Shown one piece after another: positions 11,220 to 23,945 of a stretch of DNA of 64,000 bases. This DNA comes from Heptranchias perlo. Taxonomy: Eukaryota. A program made the translations under genes and the position numbers. Numbering within the stretch: position 1 is the first letter of the stretch; every line of letters starts with the position of its first letter. The notes under the pieces are model-generated. The model was not told the DNA's origin and searched no databases. It saw only the letters and a program-made list of their open reading frames with translations. The stretch lies in contig NC_090354.1 of NCBI RefSeq assembly GCF_035084215.1, positions 9,672,001-9,736,000 of the forward strand, in the 5' to 3' direction.

Positions 11220-11462
11220 AGGTTACACTCACACTACAACTGCAGTGTTGGTGCAAAGCCGTTTCGCTTCACACTGATGCTAAGAAATGGTAGTGTAAAT
11301 TCTGAGTCAGGGCTCAATCTGACTCGGGAGCAAAACAGATTGATCCCTCCTATTAGGAGGGACTCCCTGCTTCAATCTCTGACTCCAGGTTGACATTACA
11401 ACTTAAGTATCAGTATGAAGTAAAACACACTGGCACTGCAGCTGTAGTGTTAAATGCAGCCT
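11220..11462. mobile_element. Fold-back MITE-like element (possibly PIF/Harbinger-type)
   Basis: Left end AGGTTACACTCACACTACAACTGCAGTG matches the reverse complement of the right end, AGGCTGCATTTAACACTACAGCTGCAGTG; central palindrome TCCCTCCTA-T-TAGGAGGGA at 11344-11362. Confidence 0.6.
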
Positions 11463-11924
11463 GTGATTGCATTATAAATAGATCGAATTAAGAAATCTCA
11501 ATTAAAGTGAATGAAAAATCCTTTCTGCATTATTTTGACAGGAAAGACTTGTGTTCCATTGTCTTAATAGGGAAATCAGAGTTGTCACTGAGTTTCAGAA
11601 AAGTGCAATGATGGGTGTGTGAAATGTTCTTACTATGTTCATTTCAGTTGTTTAAAACACCCAGCAGTACAATTATAGATTTTGTCCTTCAAATTAGCTT
11701 GTGTCAGGAGGTAACATCTTGACCTGCATAACACAAGTTTGATTAAAGGTCCATCACTGTTGATGATAGTGGTAGGGGCTTTTTGAAGTGATGAATTAAG
11801 AGCAATACACAAGAAGTATATTTTCATATTAAGTCATCTTGACTCAAGCATGATTTTCCCTGCAGTGTATTAGTATCAGCACTTTCAACACTGGGAATAA
11901 TCTTCCCTAAATTATACTCAGAGA

Positions 11925-12200
11925 GGAAACTTTGTTATATTGTCCCAGTAGGAATAGCCTTGTTACATTGTACTCACAGGGAAATTCACATTATAGTGCC
12001 CTGTTAGGAAGTGACAATTACAACTCCCATCAGTAAAATGTTTGTTGTTGTTAGAGAAATATTGCAATTAATATGTTGTTCCTGATAGTAAAATCCTTGT
12101 TATATTGTAGTCACAGGCAACTACTTGTTATATTGTCCCACTAGGAAAATAGCTGATGATTTTCCCTGTAAGGAAACATATGTAATGTTGCTATGAAAGG
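11925..12200 (+). repeat. Degenerate ~31-33 bp tandem repeat
   Basis: Recurring CTTGTTA[T/C]ATTGT...AGG(A)AA units. Confidence 0.45.
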
Positions 12201-13126
12201 GATGCATATGTTACTTATACCTAAAGTCATGATGTTTTATCAACAAAATATAGAACTGCTATTAATTTCAGCAGTGGTCTAATTAATTTATTACACCTTC
12301 ATGGTATAACTGAAATGCAAATTCTCTTGTCCAGGCTCGGGCCAATCTATATTTAGGTCAGTGATATCAACCAAAGATAGACCCATCAGATGCATTATCC
12401 AATTGGGACTTTTCCACGCCAGGAAAATTGACATAGTTAGTCTCCATGAGACTGATTTTTCTTTGAACAAAACAACAGATATCTTCTCTCAGGGATGAGA
12501 CATGCATTATGTCTTCTCTCCACCCACTCTCCCCACCGCAGTATTTGTGAGCTGAGAGCTTTAGATTAAAAGTAGACCCCCTCACTGCAGTGCTGTTCAC
12601 CATTAAAGTCTGAAAGTGAAAACACCCTGCAGGTTCTTCATTTGACCAATTTCTTGGAACCTCAACTTGATTTATCAGAGAAAAATTGAAAGAATGGATT
12701 CCCCCCTCCATTTGATAAAAGGAAGAAATCTAATATATCACAAATGTAAAAGACCTGAGAACCATGATTCATCTTCTGGGAACCTGACTGTACATGTGTC
12801 GATCTCTGTCATGCCTGAGTGTCATTTCAAGTCTTAATGGAATGTTCAAATGTTCTGATTCTCATTCAACAACACTTAAGGCAGTCTGTCTATAAACTAC
12901 ATTAACCTGACGGAGTAAAATCGTTGAGATTATTATGAAACCTGAATTAATTAGGTTTGTCTTCCTCTTGATGGCTGCAATTCAGATTGTCTACTTTGGA
13001 GCATTTATGCAGTTGTATGTGTAAACAGATGCGTCATACATTCTGCATTAGCTGGAGGGCCTGATGTTCATGGCAACATCTTGAAAGAATTATATTATGT
13101 CCTGTTCAAAAATTGGATGACATATA

Positions 13127-16084
13127 CAACAACAACAACTTGCATTTATATAGCGCCTTTAACGTAGGGAAACATCCCAAGGTGCTTCATAGGAGCGTAT
13201 TCAGACAAAATTTGACACAGAGACAAAGAAGGAGATATTAGGAGGGTGACTAAAAGCTTGGTCAAACAGGTAGGTTTTTAAGGAGGTTCTTAAAAGAGGT
13301 GACGAGGTGGAGAAGTTTAGGGAGGGAATTGCAGAGCTTAGGGCCTAAATAGTTGAAGGCATGGCCACTAACGGTGAGGCAAAGCAAGTGGGGGATGGGT
13401 AAGAGGCCAGAATTGAATGAACGCAGAGTTTTTGGAGGGCCAGAGGAGGTTGCAGAGATAGGGAAGGGTGAGGCCATCAAGGGATTTGAACACAATAAGA
13501 ACTTTAAATTTGAGGCATTGGTGGACCGGGAGCCGATGTAAGTCAGCGAGCAAAGGGGTGACTTCAAGCGGGACTTGGTGCAGGTTAGGCAGAGTTTTGG
13601 ATGAGCTCCAGTTTACGGAGTGTGGAAGATGGGAGGCCGGCCAGGAGATCATTGGAATAGTCGCACCTGGTGGTAACAAATGCATCGATGATGGGGCTAT
13701 ACCGGGGGTGGAGGAGGGGGGAAGGAGGGGAGGAGGAGGCGGGGAGGGAGGAGGGGGGGAGGAACGATCAGGGTGGGAGAGAGTAAAGGTTTTATTAAGG
13801 ACAAGGGGATCAAAGGCAGAGGTGAGAGAGAGATTGAACAGATCGTCAGGTGTAGAAGTATCGTGGCAAATGGAGGGCCAAAATCTAGACAGTTGGGAGT
13901 TTTAAATTGTAGTTGTAAGTGACTTGAGGGAGAAGTTTTTCCAAGGCTGAATGCAGAAGGAAGTGGGTTGGAAGGAGGAACGGGGATGTGAGTGATGAGG
14001 GACACAAGAAAATGAACAGAGGCGGCCTTGTCTGTTTGAGACTGTGGGAATAGGGAGGCTACATGAGATGGCAAGGTCGAAGGGGTGGCCATGAATATGG
14101 GTAGGAAAGTTTATGTGGAGGGAGGACAGGAGGGTAATGAACTCCGAGGAGAGAGGACAAGGATGAGTTAAGATAGAGGTTGAAATCACCAAGTTGTGGG
14201 GGGGGGGGCTCCCTTGTGCAGAAGGTGAGGAAAGAAAGGAGTGTGATTATCTCAGTGAGAAACTTGGTTGGGGCTTAGACGGGCCGTAGAGAACAAGGAT
14301 TTTAAAAAAGAGGGGTGGAACAAGGTAGGGGGCTGAAATGAATGGAAGATATCAGAGGAGTAGAGGGACAGACCAAGGTAAGATTTGGTGATAAGGGCCA
14401 CAGTGCCACCATGATGGTTTGGGCGGGGGAGGTGGTGAAAGATATAGCCAGACGGGGAGGCTTCAGTGAGGGGTAAGATGTCGTCATCAGTGAGCCAAGT
14501 TTCCATCAAGACCATGATGTCAATGCAATCACCCACAATAAGGTCATAGATGACAAGGGCCTTTTTCGCAAATGAACGGACATTCCAGAAGGAGATACGA
14601 AGGAGGCCATGATTGTTGATCTGCTGGCAGAGTCAACGAGGTCAGCAGTGGGAGGGGTGAGTGGGACGGGAAGGAGGTTGGCAAGCTTAGCCCGCATCAA
14701 GTACACTGGGTGGGAAGGTCGGCGAGAGAGTAGGATCAGGCAGTTAGGAGGCAGTGATGATTGCCACATTGGGCCCTTTGGAGAATGCCAAGAAAGGCAC
14801 AGAGGGATGCTGTGGGTTTATCCATGAGGGAGCCAAGCCTGGGAATGGCAGCAGGAGAGTAGGAAGATAGAGGAATAGTAAAGGGGTAACAGGAAGGGGA
14901 GGAGTTAGGAGAGAAGGGCCCAAGGGGTAAAGAGAAAAGAAAGAAAATGGGAAGATAGAAGTTGTGGGCTCGGGTCTGGAGCAGCAGTCAAAATGCGAAT
15001 GGACGCAGAGAAAGTTCAGGTTAAATAGGCATAGTAAAGATTAAGATAGATGTGTCCTGGTTGTAAACGGAGCTTAGGGAGGAGAGAGTCCAAAGTTAAA
15101 GTCAGAAGGTGGAGTCAGCTTGGAGCCACCGACAAACTAATGTTGGAGATAGGTGTAGAGGGCGGGTGAGTCCAAGAGTTGTTTGAGGGGCAGAGTATCA
15201 TTGGATGCACTGCTAGAGGTTTCTCTGTGGAAAATGGAGAGGTTTGGAGAAGCGACCAAGAGCCAGCATAGGTTGATCCTGGGGTCCGTGGGAGGTACTA
15301 GATTAGTATCCCAGCAGAGGGAGTGAATGGAGTTAGCGGCAACGGGAAACAGGCGGAAAGCGGCAGAGCAAAGGTCATTCGGCAGCAGTGGAGCAGATCC
15401 CAGAGCAGGATGGGAACCAGTAGAAACAGATTGGAGCTAGCTCAGCGTATAGTGAAGAATTCCCAGTGGAGGAGCAGAAAATTTAGGACGCAGGCGCAGG
15501 CCAGATACTAGAATCAGTACGGCCCAGCAGAGAATGTAGTCTGCCTAGAAAGCAGCAGTGACGTTGGAGGTCACTATAAGGTCCAGAAGCCAGTTGGGAA
15601 ATGGACTTCGGCCCAGGAGAAAATGGATTTCTGTCCAGGACCCAAGCAACAGCAAAATAAAGGCTAGAAACCAGCAGGGCACTGAAATACAGTTAAACGC
15701 TCAGCAGCAGTTGGGGGGTGGGCTATGGGCATGAAAAAGTTAGCTTAAAACTTGAAATGACTGAGTAGCAAAGCAGAGTCACAGCAGCCGAATCTTACAG
15801 TGTAGTCCAGTAGAGCTGTGTAGTCCTGATGACAGAGGAATTCATGGGACCCCGAAATTAAATTTGAGCAGAGTTCCAGCCGTTGAAAAGAGTGCAGTGA
15901 AAACAAGAACATGCTGGGTCGGGGGATCACCTGTGGCTTGAACTTGTAGTTTGGGCTAAAACACACTCACTATTAGAGCCGAGGGATCTTAAGCAGTGGA
16001 AGAAAGGAGGATGGCGAAGGTTAGAGTTACAAAGGAGAGGGGCTTATTAAGGAGCTGCCAGCCCGGGATCCATCTTTGAAAACC
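13127..16084 (-). mobile_element. L2 LINE, internally deleted (3' tail, ORF2 C-terminus, APE endonuclease, presumed 5' region)
   Basis: (CAA)n tail at 13127; L2 C-terminal peptides at 13260-13690; endonuclease motifs DCIDIMVLMETWL and PTHIHGHPFDL at 14050-14600; most of the RT is missing; the 5' boundary is inferred. Confidence 0.7.
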
Positions 16085-16974
16085 CATACAGATGGAATAA
16101 ACTTTTCTGACACTTACCCATAGATCTCTCCAAAATTTCTGGTAGAGCACACTTCAGGTTACATTAATATCAGTGGCATTTCACATACACTTTTGCTGTA
16201 AATCTGCACTTACCTCCATGGTTTGGTTGTATATATGTAACATCAGACTGGCACTTTTTCTGAAGTATCCCTTTAATCTGTATTTATTGGAATAATTGTG
16301 ATGGTGTAGAGGGACCCAGTCAGCTGGCCATTACACTGTCAAACTTGGTATTGTTAAAGGAGACCAAAAGGGAGGTCTTAGGAAACCCTAATATACCCAG
16401 TTATACACAGTTTACATTAATGTGAAGTAGTTTCGGTTTCACACTGACACAAACTGTACTTCATGTACTTCAGTGTGAAGTTACCCAAAGCTCATTAACC
16501 AAGAGAATCTCCACAAGGTAGACTCACAACACTTAGGCTTTGCACCCACTGCAGCCTGGTGCAAAACCAAATCGCAGGGAACAATAAGTGAAAATAATGT
16601 TTTAAACCTAATTTTTAATAAATGTTTTTAATGTTATCAAAACATTGACTGCCTCCTGATGGCAAAATGTCGCCACCAATCGCAAGCTAGTGATCAGAAC
16701 TGTGCAAATGTGCACTGTGCTTTCTGCCAAAGGGTAATGGATCCCTACATGCAAGTATACTTGTGTACAGCTCTCTTGCCCTTGGGCAGAAAGCAATGGA
16801 AGAGCCAGTATAACAACTCAGGCTTGCCAACCCTGTCACTGTATACAGACATCAGTTTGAGACTGGTACCTGTAGTATAACAATACCCAAGATGCATCAT
16901 ATCATTTTGAGTGTATTTACACTGAGCACAGTGAACTATGAACAAATCACTCTCAGGTTTGCTGCTGGTTTGGA

Positions 16975-17775
16975 GAACATAGGAACAGGAGTAGACCATT
17001 TAGCCCCTTGAGCCTGTTCTGCCATTCAGTGAGATCATGGCTGTAGCATAACTTCTACCCCCTTGTATAGCTGCAGCATAACTTCTACCCCCTTGTATTC
17101 TAGTCCTTTGGATATAAAGGCCAGCATTCCATTAGCCTTTTTGATTATTTTCTATACCTGTCCATGACATTTTAATGGACCTTTAAGTCTCTTTGGATCT
17201 CCACTATTTTGAGCATTTCACCATTTAGAAAGTACTCTGATCTATCCTTTCTAGGTCCAAAGTGGACCTCACACTTGTCTACATTGAAATCCATTTGCCA
17301 CAGTTTTGCCCCTTCACTTAATCTATTAATATCTCTCTATAATTCTTTGCTTCCATCTATACTGCTTACAATGCTGCCTATCTTTGTGTCATCAGCAAAC
17401 TTGGAAATGTGACTCTCTATCCCGTCATCTAAGTCAGTAATAAATATAAAGAACCATTCTTCCAAATCCATTCTCACTTCCTGTTTCTGAAACTAGTTTT
17501 CTAGCTCTGTGATATAGAATTATATTCAAATTGAAAGACGGAAACAGGTTATTTGGACCAACCAGTCCGTGTTGATGTTTATCCTCCACACATGAGCAGT
17601 AGTTCTAATCCCATGTGCCTGCCCTGTTTCCATATCCCTTTATCACCCTTTCCTTCTTAAATGTTGACATGATTTGTGGCTCAATCACCAACTCTGGTAG
17701 TGCATCCCACAGCCTCTCAACTCCCTGTGTAAAACGGTTTCTCCTGCTCTCTGTCCTAAATCTCTTACATTTAAT
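16975..17775 (-). mobile_element. CR1 LINE fragments (3' tails and RT pieces)
   Basis: Reverse HER1-like tail GAACATAGGAACAGGAGTAGACCATTTAGCCCC; reverse KFADDT motif (GTGTCATCAGCAAACTT) at about 17390. Confidence 0.7.
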
Positions 17776-17789
17776 GTTCTGGACCTCTC

Positions 17790-18520
17790 AGGTAGATCGA
17801 ATCGGGCCAGGACCTACTCCGTTAATGGTAGAACGTTGGGGAGAGTTATAGAACAAAGAGATCTAGGAGTACAGGTTCATAGCTCCTTGAAAGTGGAGTC
17901 ACAGGTGGATAGGGTGGTAAAGAAGGCATTCAGCATGCTTGGTTTCATTGGTCAGAACACTGAATACAGGAGTTGGGATGTCTTGTTGAAGTTGTACAAG
18001 ACATTAGTAAGGCCACACTTGGAATACTGTGTACAGTTCTGGTCACCCTATTATAGAAAGGATATTATTAAACTAGAAAGAGTGCAGAAAAGATTTGCTA
18101 GGATGCTACCGGGACTTGATGGTTTGACTTATAGGGAGAGGTTGGATAGACTGAGACTTTTTTCCCTGGAGAGTAGGAGGTTTAGGGGTGATCTTATAGA
18201 AGTCTATAAAATAATGAAGAGCATAGATAAGGTAGATAGTCAAAATCTTTTCCCAAAGGTGGGGGAGTCTATAACGAGGGGGCATAGATTTAAGGTGAGA
18301 GGGAAGAGATACAAAAGGGTCCAGAGGGGCAATTTTTTCACTCAAAGGGTGGTGAGTGTCTGGAACGAGCTGCCAGAGGCAGTAGTAGAGGCGGGCACAA
18401 TTTTGTCTTTTAAAAAGCATTTGGACAGTTACATGGGTAAGATGGGTATAGAGGGATATGGGCCAAGTGCAGGCAATTGGGACTAGCTTTGTGGTATAAA
18501 CTGGGCGACATGGACAATAG
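17790..18520 (+). mobile_element. CR1 LINE ORF2 3' fragment (216-aa open frame)
   Basis: RDLGVQVHSSLK...LYKTLVRPHLEYCVQFWSP...RGDLIEVYKIM...FFTQRVVSVWNELP. Confidence 0.9.
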
Positions 18521-18929
18521 GAAATAAGGGTTTGGAATACAAACTGTTGAAAACCACGGTTATGGTCAAGGATCGGCAGTTGTTTGAAACCCTTGGCTGC
18601 TGGGGGTTTCACATTGCATGTGTAAGTGTGATGGGGAGCCAGGTAGCTCATCTGACTTCCATGACCACACTCCAACTTTAGCATTGCAGAAACCGTTTTG
18701 CTGGGATGGTAAAGTTGGCTTGTAAATACATGCTTCCTGTTCCACAAAGACGTTAGATTTAGATAATGCTGCACGGAAATTTGACATCCTTTTGCATTGC
18801 TAAACAGAGCATGACCTTTAAGCAAAACCGAAAAAGATGTACATTAATGGGTCCAAATGTGGCGTTGCACTTAAACATTTTCAGCAACTTATATATATAT
18901 ATAAAAGTTATTATTTTACATAATTTGTA

Positions 18930-20020
18930 TTATGTAAAAAAGAAATCGGTGTGGAAGCTTTTTGAGTATGCAAGATTAAAATTGATGGTCTGCTCTGTAA
19001 GGGGTTCCGTGTACACTTTGCAAAACGAGGCAGTGTGATTTCTGTGTAAAATAAGGACTCGTGTGTGTGTGTGTGTGTGTGTGCGCCCGTGACTAGACTG
19101 GCACCGCAGCCCCGGCATAAAAGCAAACAAGAACCAAAAAAAAAGCACGATGTCAATGAATTTTGGAAACAAAATCTTTTATAGTTCAAAAAAAGTTATA
19201 ATTCAGATTGCAATGCAGTTAAAAATACAATGTTTTAAAAATGCATCAGACTGTGCAAACGGAAGTTTCCAGAGACTTTTATTAATCTGACTGCACGTGT
19301 AAAATTGAAACCCATGAATGTGTTCGGAGAAAAACAAAATCACGTTGCAATGCAGAATACAGCGTGTGGGCTTGTGTTGTGCTATTAGAAAGAGGCTGAT
19401 TTAAATGTAGGTCATGCTGCCGGATCCCTGCTCCTGCTAACCTACTGTTCGCGTGACTTGCATAAAAAGTCTCGACAACACATGCACTGAGCTGATGGTG
19501 TTGCTAAAAGCAGCCCCTGCGCTAAAAGCAAGCTAATCGCTTTCACTCCCACAGCAAACCACACTCAAAAAGACAAATGTTGCAGCATTCTTCGGCAGGC
19601 TGCCCAGATTTAAAAGGTCCTGTCAGGAATGCAAGGCGGTCAGCGATATATTTATTTATTCAATCGGTTTCTGTGGATGTTTTCGCAGTGCAAATAACTG
19701 TGTGATGTTGGTTGGAAAAAAAAATTGCGGTAATTTTTTTTAGGGTTTCCTGAAAGATTCCAACTCTTCCCCCCCAATAATAGCAGCAGTAATTCCACTC
19801 GGTGATTTGACATTATCAAACAACAACCTTTTAAGGAAACGCCATGTATGTGAGAGAGAGAGAGAGCAATGAATACTGACCGCCCGCCCCCTTTAACGTG
19901 AAGACATTTCAGAGGCAGCTAGAGATCGCTGCTCACACGTGGCTCCGGCATGTGAGGTGACAGCTCCTTATGCGCCAGTTTTCCCAACAAGTAATTACAG
20001 CAGACTGGTGCAGAACGTGG
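18930..20020. promoter_or_regulatory. Putative distal circadian enhancer of NR1D1
   Basis: D-box TTATGTAA 18930; E-boxes CACGTG 19294 and 19936; E'-boxes CACGTT/AACGTG 19341, 19895 and 20014; RORE AATGTAGGTCA 19404; no recognisable transposon fragments and CpG-retaining. Confidence 0.6.
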
Positions 20021-20899
20021 GTGCTCCATAATAAAGAGGGGAGTGGGCGTCTGGACACAGCGGAAATCATATCGAGCGCTTCACCTTTGCCACAAACCAT
20101 TCGAGCCTCCCTCTCTACAACCCTTCATTAAATCATGTTCTTAAATTCTGTTGACAACCGTCCTGATTTATATTATTTTGGGGTTTTTTTTTGGGGGGGG
20201 GGGGTGTGGAGGAGGAAAAGATGCTATTATTGTGATAAAAGCTGACAAGACTATCTAATTATTTCCAAAGATTACAGAAAGGCTCACAGGGTCTTTCACA
20301 CAACTACTTGTGGTTCAATTTTATTACATTTTTTATTTCGTTTATTGAAAATGTATCTTGAGTCTTTAAAACGAGTTGGTAGCTTTAATTTTGGCTCATG
20401 GTAGTTTTATTTTTCGGTTGAACATTGATTTATTGATACTGGTTTAAAATTAAGAGTACTAGAAAAATGCTGCGTGCTCCCTTTTTTTTTAAGGTAACCT
20501 AGTTTTAAAAGATAGGATAGTGTGCTGCTACGTTAACCGTATCCCAGCAAGAATCAGTGTCTTCAGTCGAGGGAAGGAGAAAATGAAAAATCATGCAGGT
20601 AGGGTTCTACCTTCAGTGTTTTAATACTCGACTCCCCTCAACCCTCCACCTACAATTCCCCTTCAGGGACCAAGGAATGGAGCCTGTAGTTCAACGTTTG
20701 CTTCCAAACTGCACCCACAGGAGATCTCCTCATGGATAAGTTCATTGCATGCTGTGGTACCAGACCATACAGACCAGGAGCAAAGGCTGATACCCACTCT
20801 TAAGTTAGCTGATCTCAACAGAAACTGTACTGGGCCACTACACTTGACTTCAGCTATCCCTGCCTAGAAAGAATTGGCCAGGGTTCCTACTCCAGCCCA

Positions 20900-21015
20900 C
20901 TAGGGATATGGAGCTAAGGCAGATAAATGGTGTGGAGGCACAGATCAGTCATGAGCTAATTGAATGGTAGAGCAGGCACAAGGGGCTGAATGGCCTATTC
21001 CTGTCCCTATGTTCC
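20900..21015 (+). mobile_element. CR1/HE1-type 3' tail inserted into a family-B SINE remnant (about 20730-21125)
   Basis: GGGATATGGAG...CAGATCAGTCATGAGCTAATTGAATGG...GGGGCTGAATGGCCTATTCCTGTCCCTATGTTCC. Confidence 0.7.
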
Positions 21016-21164
21016 TAGCCCAACCCTTCCTGGAAAAGTGCATGCGTACATAGGTTTGAACTATGATTTGATATCCTCCCACCAAGTTCAATAGTCTGCC
21101 GAACCTCACTACCTAAGCTACTCAGAGGGCTGATGACCTCAGGGAACTGTAATATCAAATTAAT

Positions 21165-21580
21165 CTGTCAATTTGGCTCAATGGCAGCTCTCTGGCCTGA
21201 ATCGGAAGGTTCTGGGTTCAAGCCTCACGCAGGACTCAAAATTACATATTCTAGACTACCATTTCAGTACAGCAGTGATGGATTGTTGGGAGGTGCATTC
21301 TTTCACATGAGATGTTAAACCTAGGCCCTGTCTGCATGTTCAGATGAGCCATAGCACATTTTTCAAAGAGCAGGTGTCCTGGCCAACATTCTTTCCCTCA
21401 ATCAACACCACTAAAACAAATTAACTGGTCATTTAATTGATTGCTGTTTACGGGACTTTGGGCTGCACAAACGAACTGTCACCTTTGTTCTACGACACAA
21501 CAGTGATTACACTTCAAAAGTAACTCATCGGCTGTGAAATGTTTTGGGATGCCCAGAGGACACTACATAAACACAAGATC
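21165..21580 (+). mobile_element. Deu-domain tRNA SINE
   Basis: TGGCTCAATGG...GGGTTCAAGCC head, GAGATGTTAAACCTAGGCCCTGTCTGC core, CACTTCAAAAGTA...TGTGAAATGTTTTGGGATG tail. Confidence 0.7.
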
Positions 21581-21768
21581 AAGGGGGGCACTGCCTTAGT
21601 GATTTCAACTTTGTGTCATCAGGGATGGAGTTGCTTTTGATGCAGGTTTACACCAAATTTTAAACTATATATTCTGGATACCAAACATATGTAAGAAAAT
21701 GGTTCTGTGCGAGTATGATGTGAGTTTACTCAAGGAAAGTAACAGCACTACAGAAGTTACCTGCCATA

Positions 21769-21774
21769 TTTATT
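21769..21774 (-). terminator. Candidate MSL1 polyadenylation signal (AATAAA); alternative cluster at 20320-20346
   Basis: TTTATT on plus, about 1.2 kb downstream of the MSL1 stop and just before the SINE block. Confidence 0.35.
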
Positions 21775-23007
21775 TGTGCATCCACCAAAACATAAGTTAC
21801 AATATTCAAACTGGAGGGTTGTTTCTTTAAACTTGAACTACACAGAAATTTTCCTGAAAGACTTGCCTATATTCTTTCAGTACTTGTGTGTTCATAAACT
21901 GAAAGGTGATAGTACTGGGGGGAAAAAAAAACTCATTTAGCACCCAGTGATACATCAACCACAGGTTGGGCATAGCATGAATCAGAAGAATTCACAGCAT
22001 TCCCTCCTTTAATACATCTCAGTCCAGTCTGATATAACCACTACCGACAGGGGATTTTCCATTCCTCTTCTCTACCACGATGGTCTATCTACTGTTCCTC
22101 CCCTCTCACCACATATAGAGTTGCTGACTCCTGAGGTGTATGTTGTGAACTTAGATCTACTGGATTCTGAGCCACTTAAAATTAAATTTCACTTAAAAAG
22201 ACCTTTAACTATGAAAGATGGCAAAGTCCAGTTGGGCTCAGCTAGATTCAAACAGGCCCCAGAGTGAAAAGACTTTGTTTTCTGTAGTTTGTACTATTCC
22301 TTTGTCAGCCACAAGACCCTCCCATTTTCTCTCCCTGGGCTGAATCTCAACACGGGTCCCAGGTGAGAACAAAGCTCATTTACATCTCCCGCTTAACTGA
22401 TCTTCCAGCCCAGGTCCCAGCGTTTAGAAGGGACAGTGATCAGTCACATTGAATTAGTCAACCCTCCCCAGGCTATAAGGAATGTTGGCAATTAACAGGT
22501 CTGAACTACAGGTTCAACAAGCTGACAAAAGGGATACCATATCCTTAGTCAACTTGTCAGGGCAGGTATTATCTGGAAAAAACACAAATAACTGATTCCG
22601 AGAAAGCAGAGCTCCGTTTGCAACATCTTTACGTAACACAAACTTTAAAAAAAAGGTGCGAGATTGCTGTACAAGATCTCAAATCTTTCTGTACAAATTC
22701 AAATCTGCAGAATGGACTAAAACAGACCAAAACTCACTGTCCGAATTCAACAGACAAATACAGGAAAAATAATTGATTTTCACTTCAATAAGAGAAGCGA
22801 AAGTATAAAGGCAAGAGACGAGACTATTCAGTTATTGATATAGCGACGATCAATTATAAACATCAATATAAACACTGAATGAGATTCTCAGGCAGGTGGT
22901 CCTTCAGAAAACCCACAGAGCTCTCCGCCGGTCGGCACCCTAAGTGCTGGCTTGCAGTACAGTTTGCAACTCAGGCAGTATACAAGTCAGGTTTTTGTCC
23001 AAAGCAT

Positions 23008-23098
23008 CTATTTGCGGCATGTTCGATGTGGCGTCTGTTTCTTCTGTATATCTATCCTGCACCGGCTGCGCTCATCCAACCACGGTAACTCGAAGTTC
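23008..23098 (-). CDS. msl1: MSL1 last coding exon
   Basis: cag|G AAC TTC GAG TTA CCG TGG gives NFELPWLDERSRCRIDIQKKQTPHRTCRK-TAG; 91 nt. Confidence 0.95.
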
Positions 23099-23519
23099 CT
23101 GTAGAGAGGAGGACAGTAAGTCCCAGACAATTTCACTTTGGGATTATACAGGTCTAACTTTTAAATGCAATTTCTTTCCTCTCCTAAAAAAAAAAGTGCT
23201 CATTTTCAGACAGCTTACTGTACCTTCAAGAATGTGATGCCAACATATCTGGGATGATCCCAGATCACCCATGCCAGCCCCAACCGCCAATGTTGCAGGA
23301 GGGGATACCTGGACCCAGGTGATTTTATACAGGATGAGCGTTCTTTGGAGAGGGGGAAATGTATGGAGATTATAATTTGTATATTTTGAGAATGGTTTTC
23401 ATTGTTGATGGTATTCAGTTGGTTTATCTTTTAAGTCTTCAACAACGTTATAAAATTAAAAGAAAAAGCAACTAGAAAATTTCACATGCCCAAAATAAAT
23501 ACTTTCATGCACAAGACAG

Positions 23520-23945
23520 ATAGATACAGATGAATGAGGCCATTTGACCCATCTAGCTCATCAAGCCAGAAAGAACCTTCAGTCTTCCTACGGCAACATC
23601 CAACGGTTTCTTAAATGGTTCCAAAGGTTTTTTGCTTCTATTGCTCTACTTGCCAGTCCATTCTATACGTTGATCACTGTGAAGAATTTCTTTGATATAT
23701 ATCAGTCTTAAATATGCCTTTTTTTTAAAAATCAGTTTGAACCTCTGCCCCATTGCCAATCACAGTTTGATTTGTATTTGAGATCTATCTTTTGTATACT
23801 ATTTACCATCTTGTATACCTTCAAGGTTGCCTAATTGGCTGAAAAGCAAAATTTCCCCAGTATTTCATTATGACTGATCCCTACCATTAGGGGATTGAGT
23901 TTCCTGGCTCTTCTCTGTACCTCCACTCCTGATAGAACAAAAGTG
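23520..23945 (-). mobile_element. Old degenerate CR1 fragment
   Basis: Reverse tail GAGGCCATTTGACCCATCTAGCTC; peptide remnant GVEVQRRARKLNP. Confidence 0.5.

Noticed and set aside
17040-17098. 30-bp tandem duplication at a CR1 deletion junction
   Set aside because: Internal to a decayed LINE; no sign of function.
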